Notes: a model not told the origin generated them from the sequence alone. A stretch of DNA of 60,072 nucleotides from Octopus bimaculoides (GCF_001194135.2 NC_068984.1:63534935-63595006), one strand, 5' to 3'. Shown: positions 1 through 12,927, counted from the stretch's first letter. A program made the numbers and translations.

Positions 1-45
<45 letters not shown>
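1..45. repeat. (TG)n microsatellite
   Basis: Pure TG run at the window start. Confidence 0.95.
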
Positions 46-48
<3 letters not shown>

Positions 49-917
49 CACTAATCAGATGTTAATTTTAGACATGAAGCAATTTTTTAGTAGCAATACA
101 TTTTAAAAATGCAAAAACCATGAATTTATTTTTAATGTTTCTGGGAAATCGGGTAACTAAGAAAACTGGAATGGATTTTACTCAATATTGTTTTCTCTTG
201 TGTGATTTGTATCGATCTTATAGCAGGGTACTTTTCGCAATTATCCTGGAGTACGAAAAACAACCTTTCACAGGGTGAAGTCAACTTTCATACAAAATCT
301 GGGATTGAAGGATGCCTAGTCTTTGTTGAGCAGATACATACGCCGTTTACAGAATCGGATTGGCACTCTGCAAGGCTTTTCTTCATTTTATCATCTTTAG
401 ACAATTCTTAAATTTTATCATCTCTATTCCGTATCTTCTAATATAGCCGGCGTAGCTGGAAAAGGCAGAAAGTAAATCCATGATGAAATGAACGCATGTG
501 TCAGTGTGTGTGGTAAATCTCTGCTAAATAATACATTCTTAACACTGGTACATCTGTACAAAAGCGTGTAGATCCGTAGCAAAAGCGTGTAGATCACACC
601 TCTGTAGGACTATAAGGAAAGAATTGTGTATGCATGTAATGCATGTATATATCGTTGCTATTGTGTTAAAATACTGAATGTCCAAATTTGGAAAATACCT
701 TTTCAATATTTCTTTTTGCTTGCAACAGCCGGTTCTTTTAGTCAAACTATCGTATCTCCAGCTGCTAAGATATCAAAAATTGTCGAGATGTAGTACAATG
801 GTTTTGCATTGGAATAGTGAAGCTATATTTTCGTTTCCTGAAAAAGCAACGTTTTGAACTTTTGCATAATAGCAACGATATAGATATTTATGTATGTGCA
901 TGTCTATAAATTACTGA

Positions 918-955
<38 letters not shown>

Positions 956-971
956 CACTCTCTCTCTCTCC
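918..971. repeat. (CTAT)n-(CT)n compound microsatellite bordering a gap
   Basis: ctat repeats followed by tc repeats up to the N run at 975. Confidence 0.9.
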
Positions 972-2417
972 CCCNNNNNNNNNNNNNNNNNNNNNNNNNN
1001 NNNNNNNNNNNNNNNNNNNNNNNNNNNNNNNNNNNNNNNNNNNNNNNNNNNNNNNNNNNNNNNNNNNNNNNNNNNNNNNNNNNNNNNNNNNNNNNNNNNN
1101 NNNNNNNNNNNNNNNNNNNNNNNNNNNNNNNNNNNNNNNNNNNNNNNNNNNNNNNNNNNNNNNNNNNNNNNNNNNNNNNNNNNNNNNNNNNNNNNNNNNN
1201 NNNNNNNNNNNNNNNNNNNNNNNNNNNNNNNNNNNNNNNNNNNNNNNNNNNNNNNNNNNNNNNNNNNNNNNNNNNNNNNNNNNNNNNNNNNNNNNNNNNN
1301 NNNNNNNNNNNNNNNNNNNNNNNNNNNNNNNNNNNNNNNNNNNNNNNNNNNNNNNNNNNNNNNNNNNNNNNNNNNNNNNNNNNNNNNNNNNNNNNNNNNN
1401 NNNNNNNNNNNNNNNNNNNNNNNNNNNNNNNNNNNNNNNNNNNNNNNNNNNNNNNNNNNNNNNNNNNNNNNNNNNNNNNNNNNNNNNNNNNNNNNNNNNN
1501 NNNNNNNNNNNNNNNNNNNNNNNNNNNNNNNNNNNNNNNNNNNNNNNNNNNNNNNNNNNNNNNNNNNNNNNNNNNNNNNNNNNNNNNNNNNNNNNNNNNN
1601 NNNNNNNNNNNNNNNNNNNNNNNNNNNNNNNNNNNNNNNNNNNNNNNNNNNNNNNNNNNNNNNNNNNNNNNNNNNNNNNNNNNNNNNNNNNNNNNNNNNN
1701 NNNNNNNNNNNNNNNNNNNNNNNNNNNNNNNNNNNNNNNNNNNNNNNNNNNNNNNNNNNNNNNNNNNNNNNNNNNNNNNNNNNNNNNNNNNNNNNNNNNN
1801 NNNNNNNNNNNNNNNNNNNNNNNNNNNNNNNNNNNNNNNNNNNNNNNNNNNNNNNNNNNNNNNNNNNNNNNNNNNNNNNNNNNNNNNNNNNNNNNNNNNN
1901 NNNNNNNNNNNNNNNNNNNNNNNNNNNNNNNNNNNNNNNNNNNNNNNNNNNTATATATATATATATTGGAAAAATTCTAATAAGTCACCGATGTTAACTT
2001 GGTGAGAAAGATTACCTTCTGCTATTAATGATGTTTTAGTCGCTAACAATCAAATTTTAATATATGTATTCTCTTTCATATATAGGAATTGCAGCGTCCA
2101 TGATAGTGGAATTTTGTCTCCTTTGATCGATGTACATGTTTCTATGCACCAAGCTATTATATTGGGGACTAATAACGCAGAATTCGGTGTCCTAACAGGG
2201 CATCCATATGAAGTTGAATGTAAATGTTACGTTTTGGTACTAATTCTGCGTCCGTCGCTAAAACACATATATAATCATACTTAATAGTTTACTCATGCGT
2301 CTCGGATATTAGCTTCATTTTCTATGGAATATACTTTCATATGAATATCATTTTCTGTCTCTACTTCTTTTTGAAGTGGTTTTCTAGCTATAATTGCACT
2401 TATTTACATGTCTGTAT

Positions 2418-2650
2418 ATTCGTATGTGTATGTGTGTGTGAGAGAGAGAGAGAGCGAGAGAGCGAGAGAGTGTGTTTGTGTATGTATGTGTGTTTGTGTA
2501 TGTCTGTGTGTTTGTTTCTCTGTGTGTGCGTGTGTGTGTGTGCATGCATGTATGTTTATGTGTGTGTGTATGTGTGTGTGTGTGTGCGTACGTGTATATG
2601 CATCTGTGTATATGTGTGTGTGTGGGTGTGTGAGTGTATGTGTGCATACG
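2418..2650. repeat. Degenerate (TG)n/(AG)n low-complexity tract
   Basis: Interrupted TG and AG runs; source of the CVCV/HTHT pseudo-ORFs. Confidence 0.9.
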
Positions 2651-3566
2651 TCTCGTACAGTAGTTGAATTAGCATCTGCATACGTTCGTATTTATATGTT
2701 TATTTGCACGTGTTTTAATGTATGTTGAAAATGCACCTGCAGACAATTCAGAGTAAATGGAAAATGGAAAAGAAAAAAAGCTTTTAAAAGAAAGACAAAT
2801 GTGATAATATATAAAGATACTAATTAATGAAATCAATGAAGAAATAGATAAGGAAAACTCTCTACATATATTGAATGTTTATCAATACTTCTTTATCTCC
2901 GCTTCTTACTAAGATGGATGAATACACATTATTGAATGTTTCATTTATCTTAGCATCACTTTTAAACAACGTGCATATTCTTTTCTAATGTTTTGAAATT
3001 TTTCACAAAACATAATGTCGAATATTAATATAATAAAAATACATTTCTCGACTTTCTTTTGCCTTATCTTGAAACTTAATGATAATTTCTTGTAGTTTTA
3101 GTTTTCTTTTTAGTGCGTGCATTGCAGTTATTGCAGCTCAAAAACTATCGTGTATTAATTTTTTTTTTATTTATTCATATACACACTGTTTGTCAATGTT
3201 TGGATTTTTGAATTGATAATAGACATAATATATGTGTATATGTTTTTGATGTGTATACTTAATTTCTCTTTTGATGTGTGCGTGAGAGTGTACGTCTACG
3301 AGAGTGCCTAGGTGTGGAGAAAAGTACACACACAAACACACACACACAAACAGACACACGTATGCATACTTATATTCGTAATACTGAACAGATTGAATAT
3401 TCAACAAAATATCCCGTAGTAATTTCTACTTAACCATTACTTACGATTGACACTTAAGGAGAATTCTAAAGAGAAAGGAAATTCTAAAGCCGCAGATAAC
3501 GAGCTTTCCTTAATAAAATCGTATCACCCTATTATATTCATACACTAATAAAATGTTTCTTTTCTT

Positions 3567-3684
3567 CTGCCTGTTTATCTGACTGTCTGTCCGTTTCTCT
3601 CTCTTTCTGTCTGTCTGTGTGTGTGGCTGTCTGTCTCTGTCTGTCTGTCTCTGTCTGTCTGTCTTTGTCTCACTCTTTCTCTCC
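3567..3684. repeat. Degenerate (TCTG)n tract
   Basis: Repeated ctgt/ctgtct units. Confidence 0.85.
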
Positions 3685-4068
3685 GGTGTATGAAGCTGGT
3701 CTATGAGAAAACACGATATTAAAACAGGAAGATGCGATGCTGGAAACACAGAATAAACGTGCATAAAAACGGAAAAAGAAAGAAAGGAAATAATTAAGAG
3801 AACCGTCTCCTTTGTCTGTAAAAACAATAGTAATCGATGAAGCTAATATAGAATAATTTAACTGGTCAGAGGCTAAAGTCTAGAAGACATTTGCTCGAAT
3901 TGCTATAAATTTGAATCTGGAATTAAGTAAGTATTGCAGTGATATTCTTGGATCTAAAAAAAAAAAAGCGCACGATCAAAGCTTACATGTCTTTGACTAA
4001 TTTACATGTGGCGTATCTTTCTCTACTATGTTCTAGTTGATTGTGTATGATGTGTAGTTGGTCTTCAG

Positions 4069-4131
4069 ATTACATATACGGCAAGCGGTTTGACAAAACA
4101 GGGCGATATAAAAGTACCTGGGTTAAAAAAG
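4069..4131 (+). CDS. Candidate 63-nt phase 0-0 exon, ITYTASGLTKQGDIKVPGLKK, gene unknown
   Basis: gtcttcag acceptor ends at 4068, open frame of 21 codons, strong donor AAG|GTGAGT at 4132. No family recognised; pyrimidine tract is weak. Confidence 0.3.
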
Positions 4132-4650
4132 GTGAGTATTGGGATCGAGTGGTTCGGCCATACCTTTTTACAACTGTACCTTAAAAGAGTTAAGTTTAAT
4201 GTTGACACTAATGATAAAAGATATGCATATTTGCTTAAGTGTATCGCCGCTCTTGTGTGTGTTTGTACTTGCAAAAACACAATCACAACGCACACACAAA
4301 TACCCACACGCATACACACACAGATATTTACATAAATGGCAAATACAGACGTTTTACTTTTAATTGTTCACAGCCGTTTTGTCTATAATGTGTTGAGTGC
4401 CGTTGGGGCATCTATAACTCTTTCAGAGCATTAAAATGATGTTGGAATTTTAAGGACCTCGTTATAGTATCAGGATTTGTCTTTAAATATTATTTGATAA
4501 TGTCGAGACGAATACAAATTTGCTTTTTAATATTCTGTTAATTATAAGGCTAATATGATTAGAAATTCTCACCGTTGAGTATTAGTGTTACTGTGAAACG
4601 TAAGTGTTTGAATTTCTAACTAATAACTATTAGTACCACAAAGTGGCATT

Positions 4651-4697
4651 ATATGAATGCACAATATATGAATGTACAATATATGAATGTACAATAT
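4651..4697. repeat. 15-bp minisatellite x3
   Basis: atatgaatgcacaat / atatgaatgtacaat / atatgaatgtacaat. Confidence 0.9.
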
Positions 4698-5043
4698 TAA
4701 CACCTTCCTGATAAACTCGAACAGAGGAAAAAAATTCGCTGCATAAATAGCTGGTGAGATGCATGCATGTATCCGTTTTTGTGCGTCATGTGACACGGAG
4801 AATGAATCCTTCATTCATAGCCCCATTAAAACATATGTTGTCGTATGGAACACTAGCAAACAATAAGGTCACTGGTGTGCGGGAAATTTTGTGAAACTGA
4901 AATTAATCAGAGTTCCACGAAGCAACATTAAAAAATCTATAAATGTAGCATATTTAACAAGTCCTTCCCACTATCGAGAATGCGTAAACGTGTAATATAT
5001 CATTGTGCCTACACATGTTTTATTCAACGCTCTTTCGTACGAA

Positions 5044-5121
5044 TCTATCTACCTATCTGTCTATATCTCTTTCTCTTTATCTATCTATCTATCAATCTAT
5101 CTATCTATCTATCTATCTATC

Positions 5122-5197
<76 letters not shown>

Positions 5198-5200
5198 TAT
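5044..5200. repeat. (TCTA)n-(CA)n-(TA)n compound microsatellite
   Basis: Direct reading; runs into the gap at 5201. Confidence 0.9.
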
Positions 5201-5564
5201 NNNNNNNNNNNNNNNNNNNNNNNNNNNNNNNNNNNNNNNNNNNNNNNNNNNNNNNNNNNNNNNNNNNNNNNNNNNNNNNNNNNNNNNNNNNNNNNNNNNN
5301 NNNNNNNNNNNNNNNNNNNNNNNNNNNNNNNNNNNNNNNNNNNNNNNNNNNNNNNNNNNNNNNNNNNNNNNNNNNNNNNNNNNNNNNNNNNNNNNNNNNN
5401 NNNNNNNNNNNNNNNNNNNNNNNNNNNNNNNNNNNNNNNNNNNNNNNNNNNNNNNNNNNNNNNNNNNNNNNNNNNNNNNNNNNNNNNNNNNNNNNNNNNN
5501 NNNNNNNNNNNNNNNNNNNNNNNNNNNNNNNNNNNNNNNNNNNNNNNNNNNNNNNNNNNNNNNN

Positions 5565-5597
<33 letters not shown>

Positions 5598-5955
5598 TAT
5601 ATGTGTGCGTGTGTACATATATATATACATACAAATATACAGGCCACACACGCACTGCGATTAACCTTGTTATTTCTATTGATGTCAGAGTAGTAGTAAG
5701 AAAGCTTTGAGAATTTATCAACACCGAAACTGTTCTGTTACAAAATTCCAAATCAGCGTTCTGAATAATGAAGAGAACATGAGTACGTTTCCCCTTAATC
5801 TGAAACTCCAGAGCTTAAATGCTTACATACATGTTTCAAAATATTCTAAATTAAGCAGTATAATGCATAAACAAAATCTAACAATAAAATCATTTTACTT
5901 TGCAAACCACATTTTTTATCAAAATGTTTGTGTATCCATTTCAAGCTGAAATAAA

Positions 5956-6089
5956 CATTCTTTTCTACTCTAGGCACAACGCCCGAAGTTTTGGGGGTGG
6001 GACCAGTCGATTAGATCGACCTCAGTACACAACTGGTACTTAATCTATCGAACTCGAAAGGATGAAAAGCAAAGTGGACCTCGGCGGAA
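5956..6089 (-). mobile_element. 5'-truncated tRNA-derived SINE (octopus-type) with perfect 16-bp TSD
   Basis: Reverse complement matches the body and tail of the copies at 7486 and 45742; TSD ttcaagctgaaataaa at 5940-5955 and 6090-6105. Confidence 0.9.
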
Positions 6090-7484
6090 TTCAAGCTGAA
6101 ATAAATATTATTCAATTTTTTTTTAACAACAGAAGAATTACTTATTGAAAGTTTTCTCTTTATATTAAGTGAATAATCTTTTCTTGAAATTAAATAACGA
6201 TATCTATTGAAATGTACAGATATTACACACATTTCTATCTATACTGTTCATAAATTAGCTCACCTTGCAAATACATATGTTGACTTTCATCAACGAATTC
6301 TGTAGACTATGAATTCAGTTATTTCAGATTTTCCTTGCCGGAAATTAGCAACTCCGGTGTACTTTATTTGAAATATAAATGTTAAATGATGGAGTCCTTT
6401 CTGGTGAATTAGAGGTTAGAATTTATAGAGTCAAAATGAAATAGCATTATTTATTTAGTTTGGCAATGCATTGCTTGCTCAAATTAGTATGTTAATCACT
6501 TGATTATTAGAATCCGTTTCGCATACGCGAATAATGTTTCGATGAAATCTATTATGTGTATTAGACTTTGCTTTATAAAGCACCAAATTATAATCACTAA
6601 ATGCATTACATTTAATTGTGATATAACCGTTTTTACTGAATCATTAGAATATTTAACATCTTCAGATTAAAAAATAAAACATTTTCAGCATTTATTTTGC
6701 ATAATATTTAAAATGCAATCCGCTATGAAACTAGCTAAATTAGTTTCCTATTGTACAGACTTTTGCAGCTACTTTTGTGACAATTTATATTATCCTGTTA
6801 TCGAATGTAACAAATCAATGATTAAATCGAGCGACTGAGTAGGCGCTTTTTTTCAACAGCCTCCACGAGGCTTGGTTACAAATTATGGAATAAAGCACAA
6901 TATTACCTCAAAAATCTTTTTAGCGTTGCAGCATGAAATCATATGAATTGGATTTTAACGAAATCAAATATATTTGTTCCATTTTAACATTACACAATGT
7001 GTTGATCACTGTTCAATTGTATCAGTAGAAGCGAATTCTCTCTAAGCATGCGGTTGAGAGCACATACTTTCTACCGACGTCAAGCAAATAAACAATGACC
7101 AAGATTTAGCAATTACACAACCGCTATAGGATTCTTTCCGTCTATTAGTGAAGTACGTTTTTGCTTTTGAGCTATATACAGTATACTAGAAGCTATCTGA
7201 ATTTTGCAGCTTTCGGTATTTTATCCACGTTAAATATGATATACAAAATTCCTGTTTCTTTGAGGAGGTCTGTAACCGTCCACCTGTCTCTAAGGTTAGT
7301 ACCTGTCTAACTTATCATAACTCATTCTATACGGACACATTGATGCAGAACCCAAACGTTCTGTAATGCTCAGTTCCCAACAAAAATGTTTTCATCTGCA
7401 ATCGACGCCAAGACACAACATTCATTTTTCATCTCTTTCTCACCTCCAGGAATTCTTCCGTTGAGGGAAATGTATGACAAGAAA

Positions 7485-7689
7485 TCTTTTCTACTCTAGG
7501 CACAAGGTCCAAAATTTTGTGTGAGGGAGCTAGTCGATTAGATCGACCCCAGTACGCAACTAATCGACCCCGAAAGTATAAAAAACAAAGTCGACCTCGA
7601 TGGAATTTGAAATGAGAACGTAAAGACAAACGAAATACCGCTTAGTATTTAGTCCGGCGTGCTAATATTTCTGCCAGCTAGCCGCCTTG
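7485..7689 (-). mobile_element. Near full-length tRNA-derived SINE
   Basis: Minus strand begins GGCGGCTAGCTGGCAG with a B-box-like segment; degenerate TSD atgtatgacaagaaa (7470-7484) / atgtatgaaaacaaa (7690-7704), 13/15. Confidence 0.9.
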
Positions 7690-8157
7690 ATGTATGAAAA
7701 CAAACAAGAACCATCGATTTCGCTTGGGAATGTGCTGAAAAGTTACTTTTACTAAGTAGCTGTAACATATTGGGAAGCCTGTTTGAATATGTAAATTGAG
7801 AAGTTTATTATTTTCAAGTATTCATCCGTTCGTTTATTCAATTATTGTTTTCTATTTTTGAGCTTAGTCTAATTGTTTTTGCTTGATTACCATGCATTAT
7901 TATAATCTAAATACCTGTCAACATGAGTTGCAAAGGGAGAGAGCAAATAGAAAAATCAAATAGGCAAACAGGTAATCTCTTTATAAGTTTTGCTTTCGGC
8001 GTTTGCGCTGTAAACATATATATATATATATGTATTTTAGCAATATATCCGTGTGTACACGCATAAGCATATAAATTTATAGATATAGATAGATAACTTG
8101 ATAGATGGATATACACGCATATGCATATATATATATATGTAAATATATATATATATT

Positions 8158-8206
<49 letters not shown>

Positions 8207-8382
8207 NNNNNNNNNNNNNNNNNNNNNNNNNNNNNNNNNNNNNNNNNNNNNNNNNNNNNNNNNNNNNNNNNNNNNNNNNNNNNNNNNNNNNNNNNNNNNN
8301 NNNNNNNNNNNNNNNNNNNNNNNNNNNNNNNNNNNNNNNNNNNNNNNGCATATATATATATATGTAAATATATATATATATT

Positions 8383-8416
<34 letters not shown>

Positions 8417-8952
8417 CGTGTGTGTGTTTATAAATATATGCTTAAATGTACACTTCTTTATGTTATCACAATTCATAAACATTTGTTTACAATAAAAAGC
8501 CAGCAAATTGAGACCACCAACGAAAGACTTGTTTTAAATGAAATTTCTCTTCTTTTGGCTCCAATGATTTTGGCAATTTTAGATCTTTCTGGCTTTCATC
8601 GACTCATATGTGGATTACATATATTATATGAACATGTACAGTAAAGATTTTCTTCTTGTAAAATATTTAGATAGGATTTATTATTAAGAACTAAATCATG
8701 TTCAACAAACCTGCTATGTGTATATGCGTTGCCTATTTTAATTTCCCTTACTCTTGCGTGCTTAACTTTACCCAAACAAATAACCAATGATAATTCATTG
8801 ACCAATATATACTGTCTTAACTGGAGAACCCAGTCACCAAACAGCACCATTCGGCCGTGTTTCGGTGACAGACTTAATGTTTTCTCGCCGCTTCTAACGT
8901 TATGATCATAATGAACTAAAGACGATATACACTGGAATCGCTTAGCTCGGAG

Positions 8953-9600
8953 TGCAGTGAGAGTGGCCAAATGCCAGAAATTGCATAAAAGGTTAGATGA
9001 CATAATATCCCAGCTAAAAAATAAAAGCATTTTAAAACATCAAAAAATATCAACTCGATTAACTGCCCCCAGTTTTCAGCACGTTCTGAAGATGGTTCCG
9101 GTACCTGGCACATGCTTTCCTCACTATGTCTCTGGGAAGATCTGTTACCTCCTTCATCTTGGCGACCAGCTCTATCTTGATGTTACAGTCAGTGGGACTG
9201 ATACCTCTCACAACGCGCCCCACACAGAGTAATATATGAGCTTACAATTGGAGTAGTAGGCAGGCGGGAAATTGGAGCTGGAGAGGTCAGAGAAATTTTA
9301 CAACAACCTATGAATCTCTATGGAGATATGGCATGGAGCCAAATCCTGCTGCCATGCATATGGTCTTGTCGCACCAACTTTCTCCAGCCAGTAATGGACC
9401 ACCTCCTTCTGCAGCTTCACATAACACTATGTATTGAGCCTAAGACCCTGATCAAAGATGAAAAGTCAACCTCTGGCATGGGGACGCAGTCAGGACACTT
9501 ACTGAGTCGCTTTTGGGTGGTAACTGCTGCGTAGTGTCAGTTACAAACTCCAGATTATTTCAGATTACAATGTTTGCAGAGCACCGAGCAGCGGTCAGGA
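8953..9600 (-). mobile_element. Decayed, internally deleted Tc1/mariner transposon of maT (DD37D)-like type
   Basis: Minus-strand translation with stops gives FIFDQGLRLNT*CYVKL...RPYAWQQDLAPCH (WQQDLAPCH at 9328-9354)...YSVWG...ELVAKMKEVTDLPRDIVRKACARYRNHLQNVLKTGG. The third Asp position is Tyr, 36 residues after the second D. Boundaries approximate; possible TIR remnant at 8953-8972. Confidence 0.8.
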
Positions 9601-10206
9601 TGTCAACATTTTCATTACCGACGCATATCATCATAATAGACCTAAATTTTTACCAATATTAAGTAAACTTCCAACCCCAGTGGTACTGAAACGGACCCCA
9701 TAAGGTTTGGGAGCGTAATTATTAACCACACAGGTATAAATGTGTCTACATAAATTACAAAATGTTATACATAGCTTCAACAAAAGCATTTATTTTAAAT
9801 CTAACGCTTAGAAATGTGCAATGCAATTTAATATCAATATTTAGCTTACATGACTGTCACCAAGTACAAAATGTGGCATGGTTGTATGGATATCGTTAAA
9901 AAGAAAATCTATCAAAGGTCGGATAAAGTCAGAAGATTCAATACCCATCGAACAGCTGCAATGTGAGGTCCCTTGTTGCTGCTTACACATCTCTCCAGCG
10001 GAAGGAATACTCAAACGTACCATTAGCGACTTCGTATCCGATGCAGAGAACACCGTTTACATTGTGCGAATAGCACTGATGAAGGCCTTTCTTCATTTTA
10101 GAAACCATGAGTAACAGGAAACACTTGAAGACCTTATGTGTTGCGTAATATAGTTGGCCTTCGCCCAGAAATGCTAAACACCCCAACAAAACATTCCGTG
10201 TAGGAA

Positions 10207-10436
10207 GGCGAGCTGGCAGATACCTTAGCGCACCGGGCGAAATGCTTAGTGGTATTTCGTCTGTCTTTACATTCTGAGTTCAAATTCCGCCGAGGTCGAC
10301 TTTGCCTTTCATTCTTTCTGGATCGATTAAATAAGTACCAGTAACGCATTGGAGTCGATATAATCGACTTAATCCGTTTGTCTGTCCTTGTTTGTCCCCT
10401 CTGTGTGTAGCCCCTTTTGGGCAGTAAAGAAATAAG
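10207..10436 (+). mobile_element. Full-length tRNA-derived SINE with perfect 18-bp TSD
   Basis: Head ggcgagctggcag, B box gagttcaaattcc at 10276-10288, central gcctttcattctttctggatcgattaaataagtaccag, distinct tail; TSD aaacattccgtgtaggaa at 10189-10206 and 10437-10454. Confidence 0.95.
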
Positions 10437-12174
10437 AAACATTCCGTGTAGGAATGAAAAAGATGTGTCTACGTAGGTTTTAGGTTCACAAAACCTTCAG
10501 GAAGAGGCAGTCATTGTCGAAACGTTTAAGCATATGTGTGTGCGTATGCGTGCGCATGCGCACGCCCATGTATGTGTACGCACATACACATATATGCACG
10601 GCTTATGAAACACATATTCATATATATGTATATCATATATGTGTATATGTGTGCTTGTGTATTTGCGCACATCCAAACATGCTGTGTGATATATGTATGT
10701 AACCATACATATATGACACCTATATACACATACGTAAATGCATACATACTTACAAATAAGAATACATCCTTATATACATACATATGTATGCCCCTATGCC
10801 CGAAATTACAAATGTTATATCATTTTATCTGAAAAGCTACATAATATCAAATTATTTCCGATTCTTTCTAGGTAAGAAATTTTATTAATTTTAGAAGATA
10901 TTTTGATGGTAGTCTTTTCCTACATGATTATACGTAAGATTTTATTTAAATAATCTACATATAATCATATAATTTTATTCCACTAAAAGTTCTAATTACA
11001 GCTTATCATTGTAAAAAGTGCTCTTCATAACCTCTACCCGATGCTAATCTTACTACTTTCGGTGCTTCATTTATGATATTTATGAGATAATACCATGAAA
11101 GTGTGGTTCACAATGAATTATTCAGTTATTTTATATATTCTTATTGGCGTCTGGCACCAAGTATTCTATCAGTTTTCATGAAATTCATGTGAAACTATTT
11201 TATGTGAGTCTTCAGATGATACGCATTTTGTACTCTTACAGAAAACACTATGCAATGTTACGTTTTAATTTTCTATTTGGAATCTTCTCTCTTTCAGCAC
11301 TGATGGTCTGAACAAAAAATGACAAAAAATATGACCGTGATAAAATAACGTTTCTTTTTAACTTAAGGCAACGGTGATTTCTATGTAAGAAAATATTTAT
11401 GAGATAATACTATTTCTATCAGTTACATTCATAACATAAATCTGATAAGACTTACACAGGTCTTTATATTTATAACATTTTATGATAATATTCCAGGGAA
11501 TGTTTCATTCATAACTTTGATATAACTCTTCCCATGCGCATATATTGATGCATACATAGAATAATAATGTCATTAAAGCTTTTGTTGATAAACTACGTCC
11601 GGTGAGATTACCCTAGTGGATATATCGATAAACTTTCCGTGAGAATAGTAGCTTATATTTACATAATATTATTATATTTTTCCATTGACAAGAGACTACC
11701 ACTACTGCCACACATAAATATATAAAATCACTATATTTTTCGCAAGTAGTTTATATACCAACAAAATATCAACGCTATTGAATTATGCAACTCCTATAAT
11801 AAATATGAGGACAGTTTAAGAATACATTCCCAAATATACGTAAGTTGACTGGAAACGGGTTAATGTTTACGGAGAGAAATAAATGACACCAGCAATCATG
11901 AGTTCATAGGCGGTTTGTTGTCTTTGTTAACGATGTTTAATTCCACATGCGTCACTTTAGCTTAATGTTTGCATTCGATAGCATATGACAGAGAATGTTC
12001 ATGGGAATTATTAATGTCATATTGAACATAATAGTCTACACTCCCACATGTTTGCTACACAAATCTAATGCTCACAATTGCTTTAGGATTGCTTATACAT
12101 CGTGTGAATATTCATTGATATTGCAAAAATAAATATGCAAGCAAAAATGCAGACACACACACACTCTCTATATA

Positions 12175-12228
12175 CATATGTATGTATATATGTATGTATG
12201 TATGTATGTATGTGTACGTATGTGTGTA

Positions 12229-12284
<56 letters not shown>

Positions 12285-12350
12285 TGTACGTATGTGTCTA
12301 TATATATATATACATACTAATACAGATATATGTGTGTTTTTGTATATATA
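12175..12350. repeat. (TATG)n/(TA)n compound microsatellite
   Basis: Direct reading. Confidence 0.9.
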
Positions 12351-12927
12351 TAATAATTATAACATATATAATTGTATGTAACAGTATTTTCACTCAGCTT
12401 ATATATATGCATGCATGTATGTATTTGTATATACATTAAGCATCTACTTTTGTAGAAAATCAATTATAATGTTAGGTTATATTGAACGTTTCATTTTATA
12501 TCAAATGATGGTATAAATTAAATGCTCTCCGATAAAACCTTCCTATAAACGAATACATTCTATCTGAGACAGAAGGAATATAACACTGCATTATCGAATA
12601 AGATCTTTTACATTATATCTAATACACAATATAAAAAAAAACATGCTTAATACACAATATATAAGAAACATGCATAAAGCGAATCAAATGCATACAAAGC
12701 ATAGAACATAAATAAACAACTCAAAATCCCTCGTGCCAGACCATATTCTAACACTAATTATATACTATGGAAATAGTAATTTAAATTCGTTTTCAGTAAT
12801 AACCTATAAGCATGTAAACTAGTGAAGACATTACCAACAAAGTTCAAATTAAATTATACGCATGAATGTGTAAACTTAATGACTGCAACGATAATAACGA
12901 CCTGCTAATACTGCTATTAAGATGTGA

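Noticed and set aside
559-595. 16-bp direct repeat caaaagcgtgtagatc with a 21-bp period
   Set aside because: Only two units; ordinary slippage duplication. The same applies to the 17-bp duplication at 51434-51467.
9841-10189. Overlapping ORFs with an LGDSH (SGNH-like) word and two minus-strand GTAAGC donors
   Set aside because: The motif sits at the very end of a short ORF, no convincing acceptor, and no other SGNH blocks.
10490-10530. Hammerhead-like core gaaga-ggcagtcattgtc-gaaac-gtt
   Set aside because: The CUGA of the catalytic core is broken (caggaaga) and stem I does not pair; at most a dead Penelope-type remnant.
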